A DNA stretch of 32,000 nt from Acaryochloris thomasi RCC1774 (GCF_003231495.1 NZ_PQWO01000027.1:19854-51853), one strand, 5' to 3'; positions 7,290-17,163 are shown, numbered from the stretch's first letter. Notes: generated by a model from the letters alone, not told the origin. Translations and numbers: made by a program.

Positions 7290-7979
7290 TCAGGAGTTTA
7301 CCTTAAGTGGCTCAGTCATAGCTCCATTAGGACTTTGTATAACTTTGTATGCGGCTGATCCATCATGGCCGGATATAACGTGTTTCAACTGACCGTCAAC
7401 GAAATGGGCTGCAGCACCATCATCAATGGCGATGCCAGGGGAGATATCTCCATTCCTAACGAGTTTTTCGAAGGTTGGTTTACGCTCCGCTTCCAATGAA
7501 TAGTGGGGACAGCAACTGCCTGAAATGAAGTTGAGGCACTTTAATGGCATTAGTGTTCCAGCTCTGGCATCTGTTAGAGCAGACTCAAACCAGCATACGG
7601 CTCCCGCGCTGACGCCTGCTAAAATAGTGCCATTTCTTGCTGCCTCTTTAAGCAATGGAGGCAAGTTCCAGGCTTCCCAAATGGCTAAAAGGCTTAGAGT
7701 ATTGCCACCGCCAACATAAATAGCATCCTGTTGCATAACCCAATCAGCTAGGTCGGGAGTACGGCGAAAGAATGTGAGGTGAGCTGGTAGACAGTTTAGT
7801 TGAGAAAAGCGTGCATAGAACTTCTGTCGATAACTTTCGGCATCTCCACTGGCGGTTCCCAAAAAGCCAATCTTCGGTTTACTAGTTGGGCACTGCTCCA
7901 GGATATAGGTATCGAGTCTCGGCTCGGAACCTTCTGAAAAGCCCCCGCCGCCAATGGCAATGATTTGACCTTGAATCAT
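7290..7979 (-). CDS. Peptidase S51 / type 1 glutamine amidotransferase-like (peptidase E family)
   Basis: 229 aa. It has IIAIGGGGFS at the N-terminus, IYVGGGNT, and the GVSAGA nucleophile-elbow motif. Confidence 0.8.
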   Translation of the reverse strand: MIQGQIIAIGGGGFSEGSEPRLDTYILEQCPTSKPKIGFLGTASGDAESYRQKFYARFSQLNCLPAHLTFFRRTPDLADWVMQQDAIYVGGGNTLSLLAIWEAWNLPPLLKEAARNGTILAGVSAGAVCWFESALTDARAGTLMPLKCLNFISGSCCPHYSLEAERKPTFEKLVRNGDISPGIAIDDGAAAHFVDGQLKHVISGHDGSAAYKVIQSPNGAMTEPLKVNS

Positions 7980-8719
7980 AATTTAGGACTCAATTTTTTG
8001 ATTGTAGGCCATAAATGAACCAAACTGTGATTTTGAATACCATAGAGGTGAACAAAGTTTTACCCAAGGTTTTTATACTACTAAGTAATTTCAAGCAAAA
8101 GAGCAGAACTTTTAACCTACAATTCAGTAATTTGATGGGTTAACTGGATGTGATGCTTTTCTCATTTACATGCACTATAAAAATGAAGTCTTAGCATAGA
8201 AGTATTTTTGGCGATTTCCATTAATGTCTTCTTATATAAGAATTCAACTATCCATTGAACGTTGAAATGACTAAACTTGGTAGTTGAATTAAGCACTTGT
8301 ATAGAGAATGGCGCGATATCGCAGATTGGGTGGTCTATGGCCGCTACCTGGAAAACCTGAAACTCTCTTTGGATAAAGGGTATAGGCTATTGCTAAAAAG
8401 TGTGGTCTCGATTGAATAATCCCTAAAAAAGTAATACATGTTACACTTAGAGCACGCATAAGTTCCAACAGAAGTTCAGCTAGGATCTGAGCTTTTCGCT
8501 TCAATACACACATTACTTTCGCTAACCAAAGAATTTACTAGATTGTGCAGTCTTGACTGCGTGACTTCTCGGAAATCATACGAAGACTAAATTTCAGGCA
8601 GCGCAGTGCCTGTGAGTTTATTTCGAGAAAAATGTAAATCAACTCTAAATCGTATCGAGGCTTAGCAAGCTCAACAAGTCTCTTGAGAATTTAAAAGACA
8701 ATTGTAAAGGTTTAATTGC

Positions 8720-9841
8720 ATGCCATTCGTTAAAGAAACGGCTTTAGTTTATTGCGAGAATCAGTTTGGCTTAGTAGACGGGAAAACGGCTTCAGGGTTA
8801 GTTCGGCACTCTGACACGTATACCATCGTTGGCGTTATTGATAGTACTTTGGCGGGAAGAGACGCTGGGGAAGAGTTAGGCGATCGCGAAAACGGCATTC
8901 CTATTTTTGCCAACTTAGATGAAGCTTTGGGCCAGCTACGAGACGTTCCGAACTGCTATATCTATGGGAAAGCCCCCTTAGATGCCTGTATCTCAATGGT
9001 GGAAAGGTTCTTGATTTTTGAAGCGATGTCCAAGGGCATGAATATCATCAACGGTTTGCACCAGTTTTTCTCTGAAGATCCTGAGTTTGTTCGTATGGCT
9101 GAGCAACACGGTATTCAAATTAAAGATATTAGAAAACCACCTCAGCTTCAAGATCTGCACGTCTTCACTGGTCAAATCTTTAGAGTCAATGTGCCTGTGA
9201 TTGCTGTCCTCGGTACAGATTGCGCCTGCGGGAAAATGACCACTGCAGTGGAGCTGAATCAAGCCTTAAACAGGCTAGGAATAAAGTCTGTTATGGTGGC
9301 GACCGGGCAAACAGGTTTGATGCAGGGGGCAAAATATGGGGCCTCCATTGATGCGCTCGTATCTCAATTTGTGATTGGTGAAATAGAAAATGCTGTGGTG
9401 CAGACGTTTGATCATGAAGACCCCGATATTATTCTCGTGGAAGGTCAAAGTGCCGTCGGTCATCCTGCTTTTATGAGTTCCGTCGGTATTTTGAAGGGCT
9501 GTATGCCCGATGGTGTGATTCTCCAGCATCCACCAGCCCGAAAGTTTCGGTGCGATTTTCCCCACCTAGCGATGCCCACCCTAGAGAGTGAAATTCAACT
9601 GATCGAATCGATCTCTCAATCTCAGGTGCTCGCCATCACGATCAGCCATGAAAACATGAACGAGATAGAAACTCAGAGCGTGATTGCAGAGTATGAAAAC
9701 CACTTTCGATTACCCACGACAGATGTGCTCAATGATGGGTGTCAAAAACTGATTCAGGCTTTAGGCCAGCATTTTCCACAACTGAATCAAAAAATTAAGC
9801 TGGAGGGGTTAGAAAAGGTTTTGCAGTTGGCAATGGGGTAA
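8720..9841 (+). CDS. DUF1611 domain protein (DgcN-like family)
   Basis: 373 aa. The N-terminus GKTASGLVRHSDTYTIVGVIDSTLAGRDAGE and the P-loop-like VLGTDCACGKMTTAVEL are typical of DUF1611. Confidence 0.8.
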   Translation: MPFVKETALVYCENQFGLVDGKTASGLVRHSDTYTIVGVIDSTLAGRDAGEELGDRENGIPIFANLDEALGQLRDVPNCYIYGKAPLDACISMVERFLIFEAMSKGMNIINGLHQFFSEDPEFVRMAEQHGIQIKDIRKPPQLQDLHVFTGQIFRVNVPVIAVLGTDCACGKMTTAVELNQALNRLGIKSVMVATGQTGLMQGAKYGASIDALVSQFVIGEIENAVVQTFDHEDPDIILVEGQSAVGHPAFMSSVGILKGCMPDGVILQHPPARKFRCDFPHLAMPTLESEIQLIESISQSQVLAITISHENMNEIETQSVIAEYENHFRLPTTDVLNDGCQKLIQALGQHFPQLNQKIKLEGLEKVLQLAMG

Positions 9842-9850
9842 GTATTTGGA

Positions 9851-10930
9851 TTGAGAGAGATGCCAGCCTTTTTGCCAAGGATAGAAATCTCCTTACCGAA
9901 GATACAGCATAATGCTCAGATCTTATCGGAGCTGTATGGGCAGAAAGGTATTTCTTTAATGGGTGTCACTAAAGCAACATTAGGGGAGCCTGCGATCGCA
10001 TCTGCCATGCTGCGAGGTGGCGTCCAGTTTATTGCTGACTCGCGCATTGAAAACATTCTCAGAATGAAGCAGGCGGGAATCATTGCTCAGTTCGTGTTGC
10101 TGCGTACAGCGCTCAGCCAAGCCAAATCGGTGATTGAGAGTGTGAACGTCAGTCTAAACACAGAACTGAAAACGATTCAGGCCCTGTCTCACTATGCGAA
10201 GGAACAAAATAAAACCCATCAAATCATCCTGATGGTGGAGTTAGGCGATTTGCGGGAAGGTATCCTTCCGGGAGATTTGTCTCTCTTCGTGCAAGAAGTC
10301 TTGGGCCTACCCAACATTGAAATCATGGGCATTGGCTGCAATTTGGCTTGTTATGGTGGCATCAAGCCAGACACACAAAATATGGACGAGCTATCTGAAT
10401 TAGTGACTGCAATTGAAGCAAAATTTCAGATAGGCTTCACGGTTATTTCGGGCGGCAACTCGGCTAACTATGAATGGTGTAAATCGACCCAGAAGGCAGG
10501 AAGAATCAACAATCTCCGCATTGGGGAATCTATTCTTCTCGGTTGTGAAACAGTCAGCGGCAAGGGGATTCCAGCATTATATCGTAATGCCTTCAAGCTG
10601 ATTGCGGAAGTGATTGAGGCCAAGGTAAAACCTTCTTTACCCTTTGGTGTGATCTGTCAGGATGCCTTTGGGAATATTCCAGTTATTATGGATCAGGGAA
10701 TTCAAGCAAGAGCCATTATTGCTTTGGGAAGACAGGATGTTCTGATATCTGGATTAAGTGCTGATAGCGATGTAGAGATACTCGGCTCTAGCAGCGATCA
10801 CATCGTCCTCAATAGCAAGGGTTGCGATCTGGAAATTGGCAGCGAAGTTGAATTTAGTCTAGATTACGGTGGGGTTCTATCGGCAATGACATCACCCCAT
10901 ATTCAGAAAAAGATTATTGAATCTTTTTGA
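9851..10930 (+). CDS. Alanine/ornithine racemase-family PLP-dependent enzyme (YhfX/Orr-like)
   Basis: 359 aa. LMGVTKATLGEP contains the PLP-lysine context. The overall layout is an alanine-racemase N-terminal barrel plus a C-terminal beta domain. The track start at 9851 is TTG; the in-frame ATG at 9860 is an alternative. Confidence 0.75.
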   Translation: MREMPAFLPRIEISLPKIQHNAQILSELYGQKGISLMGVTKATLGEPAIASAMLRGGVQFIADSRIENILRMKQAGIIAQFVLLRTALSQAKSVIESVNVSLNTELKTIQALSHYAKEQNKTHQIILMVELGDLREGILPGDLSLFVQEVLGLPNIEIMGIGCNLACYGGIKPDTQNMDELSELVTAIEAKFQIGFTVISGGNSANYEWCKSTQKAGRINNLRIGESILLGCETVSGKGIPALYRNAFKLIAEVIEAKVKPSLPFGVICQDAFGNIPVIMDQGIQARAIIALGRQDVLISGLSADSDVEILGSSSDHIVLNSKGCDLEIGSEVEFSLDYGGVLSAMTSPHIQKKIIESF

Positions 10931-11085
10931 ACATTTCCCAGGATTCTTTTCTCGATGTCATTTCACCTGTCTGTTAAGGAGCCGGTATGGGTAGGGATTT
11001 AAAGCTTGTCCAGCTTAGATTGAGAGCAGACAGTCTCCTGTGACAAAGTCCCAAACAATCAACAAATATTATTGAGGTTCAATAG

Positions 11086-11271
11086 ATGAGAGCTAATTCT
11101 AGTATTGGGAAATACAGCCACAAGAAGTTTTCGCCACCTGCAACCCGTAGCATTGATAAAACTTGCCAGCAGTGGAAACAAAAAAATGCTGAAGCTCGTG
11201 TCGCAGAGGCACAGATACGAATTCTGGAAAAGCAGCAAGCCCAAAGAAATGAAGGAGGCAAGAATAAATAG
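11086..11271 (+). CDS. Small Lys/Gln/Glu-rich hypothetical protein, paralog of 16687..16863
   Basis: 61 aa. From the Trp onward, the pattern W.Q.NA..R..EA..RI..KQ is shared with the 58-aa ORF at 16687..16863. GAGG lies ~10 nt upstream of the ATG. Confidence 0.35.
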   Translation: MRANSSIGKYSHKKFSPPATRSIDKTCQQWKQKNAEARVAEAQIRILEKQQAQRNEGGKNK

Positions 11272-11513
11272 TAGCAAAATACGTCTAAGGCAAATTCTTG
11301 CATACAATATTTGAAAATTGTGATACCTATCGTCTATTAATAAGAGTTATGTTCATATGGTTTTGGCAAGAATTATTTAGCTATACTAGAAGCGGGGAAA
11401 GAGTAATTCTTCTTCTGGTATATAAACGCTATTTGAGTTATTTCTCTAAAAGCTCAATATTTTTATTTATTGGTAGTTGATGACCGGTGTGTTGAAAGCT
11501 CTAGCTTTTATTA

Positions 11514-12071
11514 ATGAATTTACTAAATCATTCTGAGAATCAAGATGTGAACGCTCAAGAAATGTTACGCCTGTATAGTGAAGGAAAACGAGATTTTAGC
11601 CACGTAAGTCTTGTTAAAGTATGTCTGACAAATGCCAATCTAATTGGTGCACACTTGACTGGAGCACACTTGGTTGAAGCAAATCTACAAGGGTCAAACC
11701 TCACCAAAGCGCATCTGGCTCAAGCCAAGATGAATCAGTCCAAGCTTTCCGATACAGAAATGATCAACGCATGCTTGATTGATGCAGAAATGATTGATTC
11801 TGACCTGAGTGGAGCAGATTTGAGGCAAGCTGATCTCAGTGGAGCAGACTTGAGTGGTGCTAATTTAGGAGGAGCAGACTTGAGAGGAAGCATCTTGCGG
11901 GATGTAAATTTAAGTGGTGCAGACTTGAGAGGAGCCGATCTGACAGGGGTTAGTTTAAGCAAAACTAATCTCAGGGGTGCAGACTTAAAGGGAGCCTATA
12001 TAGATGAGTCAGAATTTCAAGAAGTAGAACGAAGGGAATTAGGTAACTCCAACTTGTCTATATCCGTATAG
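11514..12071 (+). CDS. Pentapeptide-repeat protein
   Basis: 185 aa with continuous A(D/N)LxG-type pentads, for example ADLSGADLSGANLGGADLRGS. Confidence 0.9.
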   Translation: MNLLNHSENQDVNAQEMLRLYSEGKRDFSHVSLVKVCLTNANLIGAHLTGAHLVEANLQGSNLTKAHLAQAKMNQSKLSDTEMINACLIDAEMIDSDLSGADLRQADLSGADLSGANLGGADLRGSILRDVNLSGADLRGADLTGVSLSKTNLRGADLKGAYIDESEFQEVERRELGNSNLSISV

Positions 12072-12238
12072 ATACCAAAGAGCCTAATGTCTATCTTAAT
12101 AGAAAAAATCTCATTTATGCTAATCCTGCCGATGCAATTTTAGTCGGTACAAATCTGACAGACACCAAAATCAAAAAAACAAACTTAGTGAATATCCGCT
12201 GGAATGATGTCGACTTGAATGATGTTTCTCTAAGTTAG
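12047..12238 (+). pseudogene. Out-of-frame pentapeptide-like tail downstream of the pentapeptide gene (possible frameshift remnant)
   Basis: The frame is open from 12047 to the TAG at 12236-12238. It encodes ..NLIYANPADAILVGTNLTDTKIKKTNLVNIRWNDVDLNDVSLS with no in-frame start codon. Confidence 0.3.
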
Positions 12239-12428
12239 GCTTGTCGAACATTCTAAACGTCTAAATCTTATTGATATTGGTTGGGTGAGCAAAGATTTTC
12301 TAGGGCAATGGCTAATTGTCTTCTATCTCTGTATGCCGGCTATCCAATTTGGATAACCTGACAAAAATATAGTGTACTGAGCATCAATATGGACGAAGAC
12401 AGCAATATATCTAAGAAGAGGTGACTAT

Positions 12429-13259
12429 TTGAATGATATTAGTTTAGAGGGATCGCATCCTCGTTGGGATGTGATTGCGTTCACAGTAGCTCTTCATCTA
12501 GGAGTATTATTGGCATTTATTCCCGCTAATTTTAGTTGGCCAGCCGTTGGTATGGCCATAACCCTACATTGCCTGATCATAGGTTTGGGTATTTCTGTTG
12601 GTTTTCATCGGCTAGCAACCCATCGCAGTTTACAGGTTCCAAAGCTGTTGGAGTATTTCTTGATTTTTTGTGGCACTTTGGCTGGTCAGGGCGGCGTCAA
12701 AGGTTGGGTGGGCTATCATCGGATGCACCATTTGTATACCGATAGTTCAGGAGATCCGCATGACTCAACTGAAGGATTTTGGTGGAGCCATATTAGCTGG
12801 GTGATGCATCAAGTTCCGATGAGAACAGAACTCTCCCGTTTCACAAAAGACATTTCGGATGATTCGTTTTATCAGTTTTGTCACAAGCATTATATTGTTC
12901 TGCAAGTCGTGCTAGCTGCTCTACTGTACGGACTAGGTGGAATGCCTTTTGTCGTGTGGGGAATCTTTGTTCGTTTGTTTGTCGGATTCCACGGTACTTT
13001 CTTTGTCAATAGTGCTTGTCATAAGTTTGGCTATCGCACCCATGGATTAGATGATCGCTCCACGAACTGTTGGTGGGTCGCGCTACTGACTTTTGGTGAA
13101 GGATGGCATAACAATCATCATGCCTTTCAATCTTCAGCACGGTTTGGGTGGCGCTGGTGGGAGATCGATATGGCTTGGCAAACAATTCGACTATTAGAAC
13201 GATTGAATTTAGCAAGCCACGTTAGGACTACACGAATGTCCCTAACGGGAGAGACATGA
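12429..13259 (+). CDS. desC: Membrane fatty-acid desaturase, Delta9 (acyl-lipid/acyl-CoA) type
   Basis: 276 aa. It has three His boxes (HRLATHR, HRMHH, HNNHH) and hydrophobic spans. The start is TTG with GAAGAGG upstream. Confidence 0.85.
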   Translation: MNDISLEGSHPRWDVIAFTVALHLGVLLAFIPANFSWPAVGMAITLHCLIIGLGISVGFHRLATHRSLQVPKLLEYFLIFCGTLAGQGGVKGWVGYHRMHHLYTDSSGDPHDSTEGFWWSHISWVMHQVPMRTELSRFTKDISDDSFYQFCHKHYIVLQVVLAALLYGLGGMPFVVWGIFVRLFVGFHGTFFVNSACHKFGYRTHGLDDRSTNCWWVALLTFGEGWHNNHHAFQSSARFGWRWWEIDMAWQTIRLLERLNLASHVRTTRMSLTGET

Positions 13260-13333
13260 CCATTAGTAAGCCTGGGGAGTGTCAAATAACCTTAAACGAC
13301 TATTGATTTAGATGTTTATTATGGGGTTCCTTT

Positions 13334-13468
13334 ATGGAGTCTGAGCAGAGACAAGAGATTACTAATCTATGGGCGTTGAACCTCTCTCCCCAACAAATTG
13401 CCAAAAAATTAAGTTTGCCGCTTGAGGAGGTTAGAGAGCTTATTTGGCAGCAATCGCATAAGAAGTAA
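13334..13468 (+). CDS. Small (44 aa) putative helix-turn-helix protein
   Basis: This ORF is not in the track because it is under 60 aa. It reads MESEQRQEITNLWALNLSPQQIAKKLSLPLEEVRELIWQQSHKK. The LSPQQIAKKLSLPLEEV segment resembles a sigma-region-4/LuxR-type HTH. Confidence 0.35.
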   Translation: MESEQRQEITNLWALNLSPQQIAKKLSLPLEEVRELIWQQSHKK

Positions 13469-13785
13469 TCCCCACTCTACTGACAATACGTCAGAAAGTT
13501 GTTATACAGCTAATTGTTCTCAATTAAGAGTTGCAAATATCGGAGTCGATAGGTCGTTTTGGAACCTGAGATGTAGCAGATACATCGGAGTAACAGCAAT
13601 TTAGTTCCTGGCGACCAAAACTAGGAACAACCCGAGTAAGATTTATGCCTGCCTGACCGCTCAATATAAGAACCTTTGAGAACGTTTAACAGCCCCTAAG
13701 TAGTCATGGATTGATGCTGATTATGGGAAAGATCTCGAAGCACTAACAATTACTCTCCTCCCCCCCAAAAAAAAGGATATGCATC

Positions 13786-16260
13786 ATGTTTGAGTGCTTT
13801 ACAGAGAAAGCCATCAAGGTAATTATGCTTGCCCAAGAGGAATCCCATCGTCTTAAACAAATGTTTGTCGGTACAGAGCTAATTCTATTGGGTCTTATTG
13901 GCGAGGAAACTGGAATCGCGGCAACAGTCCTAAAGTCTCTGGGAGCAAATCTGCCTAAAGCGCGGCTCGACGTTGAAAAATCGGTGGGGAAAGGCTCAAG
14001 CCCTGTAAAGGCTGAGATTACATTTACCCCGCGAAGCAAACGGGTGCTGGAATCTGCTCTGGAAGAATCTCGACAGTTGGGGCATAGCTACGTGGGTACT
14101 GAACACTTATTGTTGGCGCTGATCAAGGATGAGCAAGGTGTTGCGGCACAAGTTCTTTTGAACCTAGAGATTGACGTTATCGACATTCGGACTCGAGTGA
14201 TGCAAAGACTCTCTGAGCCAACAGCGGTTCCCTCTGGCAATCGCCCAACGGTTCAGAGAAACTATAACTTCCCCAAGAGATCGACACTCGACGAGTTCGG
14301 TACCAACTTGACCCAACTTGCTGTAGAGGGAAGCCTTGATCCAGTCGTGGGGCGTCAAACTGAAGTGCAGCGAATGATCCAAATTCTCAATCGCCGTACG
14401 AAGAACAATCCCATCTTGATTGGCGAACCTGGCGTGGGAAAAACAGCCTTAGCAGAGGGACTGGCCCAACGGATTGTGAATCATGATGTTCCTGACGCTA
14501 TCGAGGGGAAATGCGTTTTTACACTCAATGTTGGCTCGTTATTAGCGGGTACGAAGTATCGAGGTGAATTTGAGGAACGCCTGAAGGCCATTGTGGAGGA
14601 AGTCCGCAGCAGTGGAAATATCATATTGGTGATTGATGAGATTCATACCCTCGTTGGCTCCGGGGCGGCAGAGGGTGGGCTTGATGCAGCCAATATCCTC
14701 AAGCCATCTTTGGCACGGGGTGAACTTCAGTGTATCGGTGCAACCACACTGGATGACTATCGTCAGTACATTGAACGAGATTCTGCTCTAGAGAGACGGT
14801 TTCAGCCTGTCATGGTCAATGAATCCAGCGTTGAAGAGACAATTGAAATACTGAAGGGTTTACGCAGTTGCTATGAGCAACATCATCAACTTGAAATTTC
14901 TGACCTGGCTTTAGAAGCAGCCGCTAAACTCTCTGATCGCTACATTTGCGATCGCTTCTTGCCAGATAAAGCGATCGATCTGATTGATGAGGCCGGCTCC
15001 AAGATCCGTATCAGCTCTTCTAAAGCAGCCTCTACTGACAAAAAGCTCAGCAAAGAACTGCGCCAAATTCTCAAGGAAAAAGGGAACGCAACTCAAAAAC
15101 AGGATTACTCACTCGCTAGAGAGCTACGCATCCGCGAAGTTGAAATTCAGAACAAGCTTCAGGGGGATAGCCAAACGCTGTTCTCCAATCCTGCCGATCT
15201 CATTCTTCCGATCGTTAATGAAGAAGATATTGCCAGTATCGTCGCCTCTTGGACAGGCGTTCCAGTCAATAAGCTCACAGAATCTGAGTCTGAAAATCTT
15301 TTGCAGTTAGAAGATATCCTGCATCAGCGGATTATTGGTCAGGAGGAAGCTGTTAAAGCCGTTTCTCGCGCCATGCGCCGAGTCCGCACAGGGCTTAAAG
15401 ATCCGAACCGCCCCATCGCTAGCTTTATCTTTTCAGGTCCTACAGGGGTCGGGAAGACGGAACTGGCTAAAGCTCTAGCTTCTTCCTACTTCGGATCTGA
15501 GGCGGCTATGATTCGACTGGATATGTCTGAATATATGGAAAGTCACACGGTTGCCAAGCTGGTTGGTTCTCCCCCTGGCTATATCGGCTTCGACGAGGGA
15601 GGGCAACTCACAGAAGCCGTTCGCCGCCAGCCATACACCGTAGTACTATTTGACGAAATTGAAAAAGCCCACCCAGATGTATTTAATCTACTGCTGCAGG
15701 TCTTAGAAGATGGTCGTCTCACCGATGCCAAAGGCCGGACTGTAGATTTCAAAAACACCCTCTTGATCATGACCTCTAACGTTGGCTCGAAGGTGATTCA
15801 AAAAGGGGGAAGTGGTTTAGGCTTTGAGTTCTCTGATGATTTAGCCGGTGCTCAATACAGCCGCATTGTCTCAGTTGTGAATGAAGAACTCAAACAGTTT
15901 TTTCGTCCTGAGTTCCTCAACCGTCTGGATGAAATCATTGTCTTCCAGCAGCTTAACAAAACTGAGGTTAGGCAGATTGCTGATATTCTGCTGCACGAAG
16001 TGTTTGCTCGAGTAGCAGAGCGCAGGATTGCGGTAGAGGTCACTGATCTATTTAAGGAGCGACTGGTAGAAACAGGCTATGACCCTGAAATGGGAGCGCG
16101 TCCACTGCGTCGAGCGATCACCAGACTCTTAGAAGATTGTCTGGCAGAAGAAATCCTGACCGGGCGGGTTAAGACAGGCGATGCGGTTATCGTAGATGTT
16201 AATGGGGCGGGGCAAACGCAGGTTCTAATCAAACAAGTAGAGAGAAGTGGTTGCAAGTAA
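13786..16260 (+). CDS. clpC: ATP-dependent Clp protease ATP-binding subunit ClpC (divergent paralog)
   Basis: 824 aa. It has the Clp N-domain repeats ([19 protein letters not shown]...), two AAA+ modules (GEPGVGKTA / ILVIDEIH and GPTGVGKTE / [11 protein letters not shown]), a UVR-like linker and a GLGF ClpP-docking loop. Confidence 0.95.
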   Translation: MFECFTEKAIKVIMLAQEESHRLKQMFVGTELILLGLIGEETGIAATVLKSLGANLPKARLDVEKSVGKGSSPVKAEITFTPRSKRVLESALEESRQLGHSYVGTEHLLLALIKDEQGVAAQVLLNLEIDVIDIRTRVMQRLSEPTAVPSGNRPTVQRNYNFPKRSTLDEFGTNLTQLAVEGSLDPVVGRQTEVQRMIQILNRRTKNNPILIGEPGVGKTALAEGLAQRIVNHDVPDAIEGKCVFTLNVGSLLAGTKYRGEFEERLKAIVEEVRSSGNIILVIDEIHTLVGSGAAEGGLDAANILKPSLARGELQCIGATTLDDYRQYIERDSALERRFQPVMVNESSVEETIEILKGLRSCYEQHHQLEISDLALEAAAKLSDRYICDRFLPDKAIDLIDEAGSKIRISSSKAASTDKKLSKELRQILKEKGNATQKQDYSLARELRIREVEIQNKLQGDSQTLFSNPADLILPIVNEEDIASIVASWTGVPVNKLTESESENLLQLEDILHQRIIGQEEAVKAVSRAMRRVRTGLKDPNRPIASFIFSGPTGVGKTELAKALASSYFGSEAAMIRLDMSEYMESHTVAKLVGSPPGYIGFDEGGQLTEAVRRQPYTVVLFDEIEKAHPDVFNLLLQVLEDGRLTDAKGRTVDFKNTLLIMTSNVGSKVIQKGGSGLGFEFSDDLAGAQYSRIVSVVNEELKQFFRPEFLNRLDEIIVFQQLNKTEVRQIADILLHEVFARVAERRIAVEVTDLFKERLVETGYDPEMGARPLRRAITRLLEDCLAEEILTGRVKTGDAVIVDVNGAGQTQVLIKQVERSGCK

Positions 16261-16344
16261 GGGAGATATTTTAGAAGCAAGTTCGAAAAGCGTTAATAGT
16301 CCATCCGAGCGATTACCCATTCAATTTAGGTCAGCCGCAGCGAA

Positions 16345-16521
16345 ATGATGAAAAATACCGTTAATGAAGGGCGTTCAAAACATCAGGGATTCAAGGAGAC
16401 AAAGCCCAGCTCCACTAAGGTCTTAGATCTGGATCAGGTGGGGCAAGATTGGAATGACTACCGTGCGATGCAGAGGCAGATTATTGCCGAAGAAAGAAAG
16501 CAAAATGCTGAGAAAGCTTAA
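16345..16521 (+). CDS. Small (58 aa) charged hypothetical protein
   Basis: This ORF is not in the track. It reads MMKNTVNEGRSKHQGFKETKPSSTKVLDLDQVGQDWNDYRAMQRQIIAEERKQNAEKA. It is only loosely similar to the two W.Q.NA..R..EA..RI ORFs. Confidence 0.25.
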   Translation: MMKNTVNEGRSKHQGFKETKPSSTKVLDLDQVGQDWNDYRAMQRQIIAEERKQNAEKA

Positions 16522-16686
16522 ATGCTGGGTTGGCTAATTGTGGGGATGATAATAGCCTTCTGACAAGATCCTTTGAAAGCAGCTTATCAGAGGAGAAAAA
16601 GACTGAGTTCTTGACTCCGAAGCTATTTCAGCAGATCAGTAGCGGTGCATCTGTAGCAAGATTGTGTTCATTTTTAAAGAAATGCT

Positions 16687-16863
16687 ATGAAAACGAAATC
16701 TAATATTTCGAGTACAGGATTTATTTCAAAAAAACCGGCTAAATTGGAAGAGAATCGCAAAACGTGGGAACAAAGAAACGCAACGGTTAGAGCTGACGAA
16801 GCAAACAAACGAATTGCCCTGAAGAAGCAGAAGAAAGAAGAGGAAAATAACTATCTAGAGTGA
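16687..16863 (+). CDS. Small (58 aa) Lys/Glu-rich hypothetical protein, paralog of 11086..11271
   Basis: This ORF is not in the track. It reads MKTKSNISSTGFISKKPAKLEENRKTWEQRNATVRADEANKRIALKKQKKEEENNYLE and shares KT..W.Q.NA..R..EA..RI..KQ with the 11086 ORF. Confidence 0.35.
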   Translation: MKTKSNISSTGFISKKPAKLEENRKTWEQRNATVRADEANKRIALKKQKKEEENNYLE

Positions 16864-16921
16864 GGGTTACGACAACGGTTCTGCGAAAGCGTAATTAGAT
16901 AACAGCTATCTGATATTTATG

Positions 16922-17003
16922 TGTAGAACTTCAGACTTAATTTGATACTTAGAGAAAACTTCACCTTAATGAAGGAGTGTCAGATTAAGTCTGAAGTTCT
17001 ACA
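16922..17003. repeat. 82-bp hairpin element with perfect 20-bp terminal inverted repeats
   Basis: TGTAGAACTTCAGACTTAAT (16922-16941) is the exact reverse complement of ATTAAGTCTGAAGTTCTACA (16984-17003). As RNA, pairing extends inward with G-U pairs to about 16950/16975. A third copy of the arm (16 of 18 nt) lies at 17167-17184. Confidence 0.8.
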
Positions 17004-17163
17004 GATGAGACTTTATCGGCAGGCTCCTATTAGGTCACTACTCCAAAGGCATACAAGCCTAAAGTGCATTGCTCCTGGCAATCGACAAATCGGTCACAAG
17101 GCACGGAGCTGGTCAGAGCATGGGTCAGATTGTTCAGAAACAATGCCCCTTTATCTTCGCAAT

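Noticed and set aside
8289-8513. 74-aa minus-strand ORF in the AT-rich spacer upstream of the DUF1611 gene.
   Set aside because: It has no motif, no SD and an odd composition. It is most likely a chance ORF in non-coding DNA.
8520-8719. Riboswitch or attenuator upstream of the DUF1611/racemase pair.
   Set aside because: I see only a short hairpin with a weak T-tract. I could not recognise any conserved riboswitch core (cobalamin, glycine, glutamine and similar).
10987-11043. 18-aa ORF (MGRDLKLVQLRLRADSLL) with a strong AAGGAG SD 6 nt upstream.
   Set aside because: It is too short to evaluate and has no recognisable function. It may be a leader peptide, but nothing supports that beyond the SD.
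11059-11480. Overlapping track ORFs on both strands (82, 74, 69 and 60 aa).
   Set aside because: They are mutually exclusive chance frames in AT-rich DNA. Only the 11086..11271 frame has support, through its paralog at 16687.
11735-11962. 75-aa minus-strand ORF inside the pentapeptide gene.
   Set aside because: It is the reverse-frame echo of the repetitive pentapeptide coding sequence.
16522-16563. 13-aa hydrophobic mini-ORF (MLGWLIVGMIIAF) starting directly after the stop of the 16345..16521 ORF.
   Set aside because: It could be a coupled membrane peptide, but at 13 aa it cannot be distinguished from chance without conservation or expression data.
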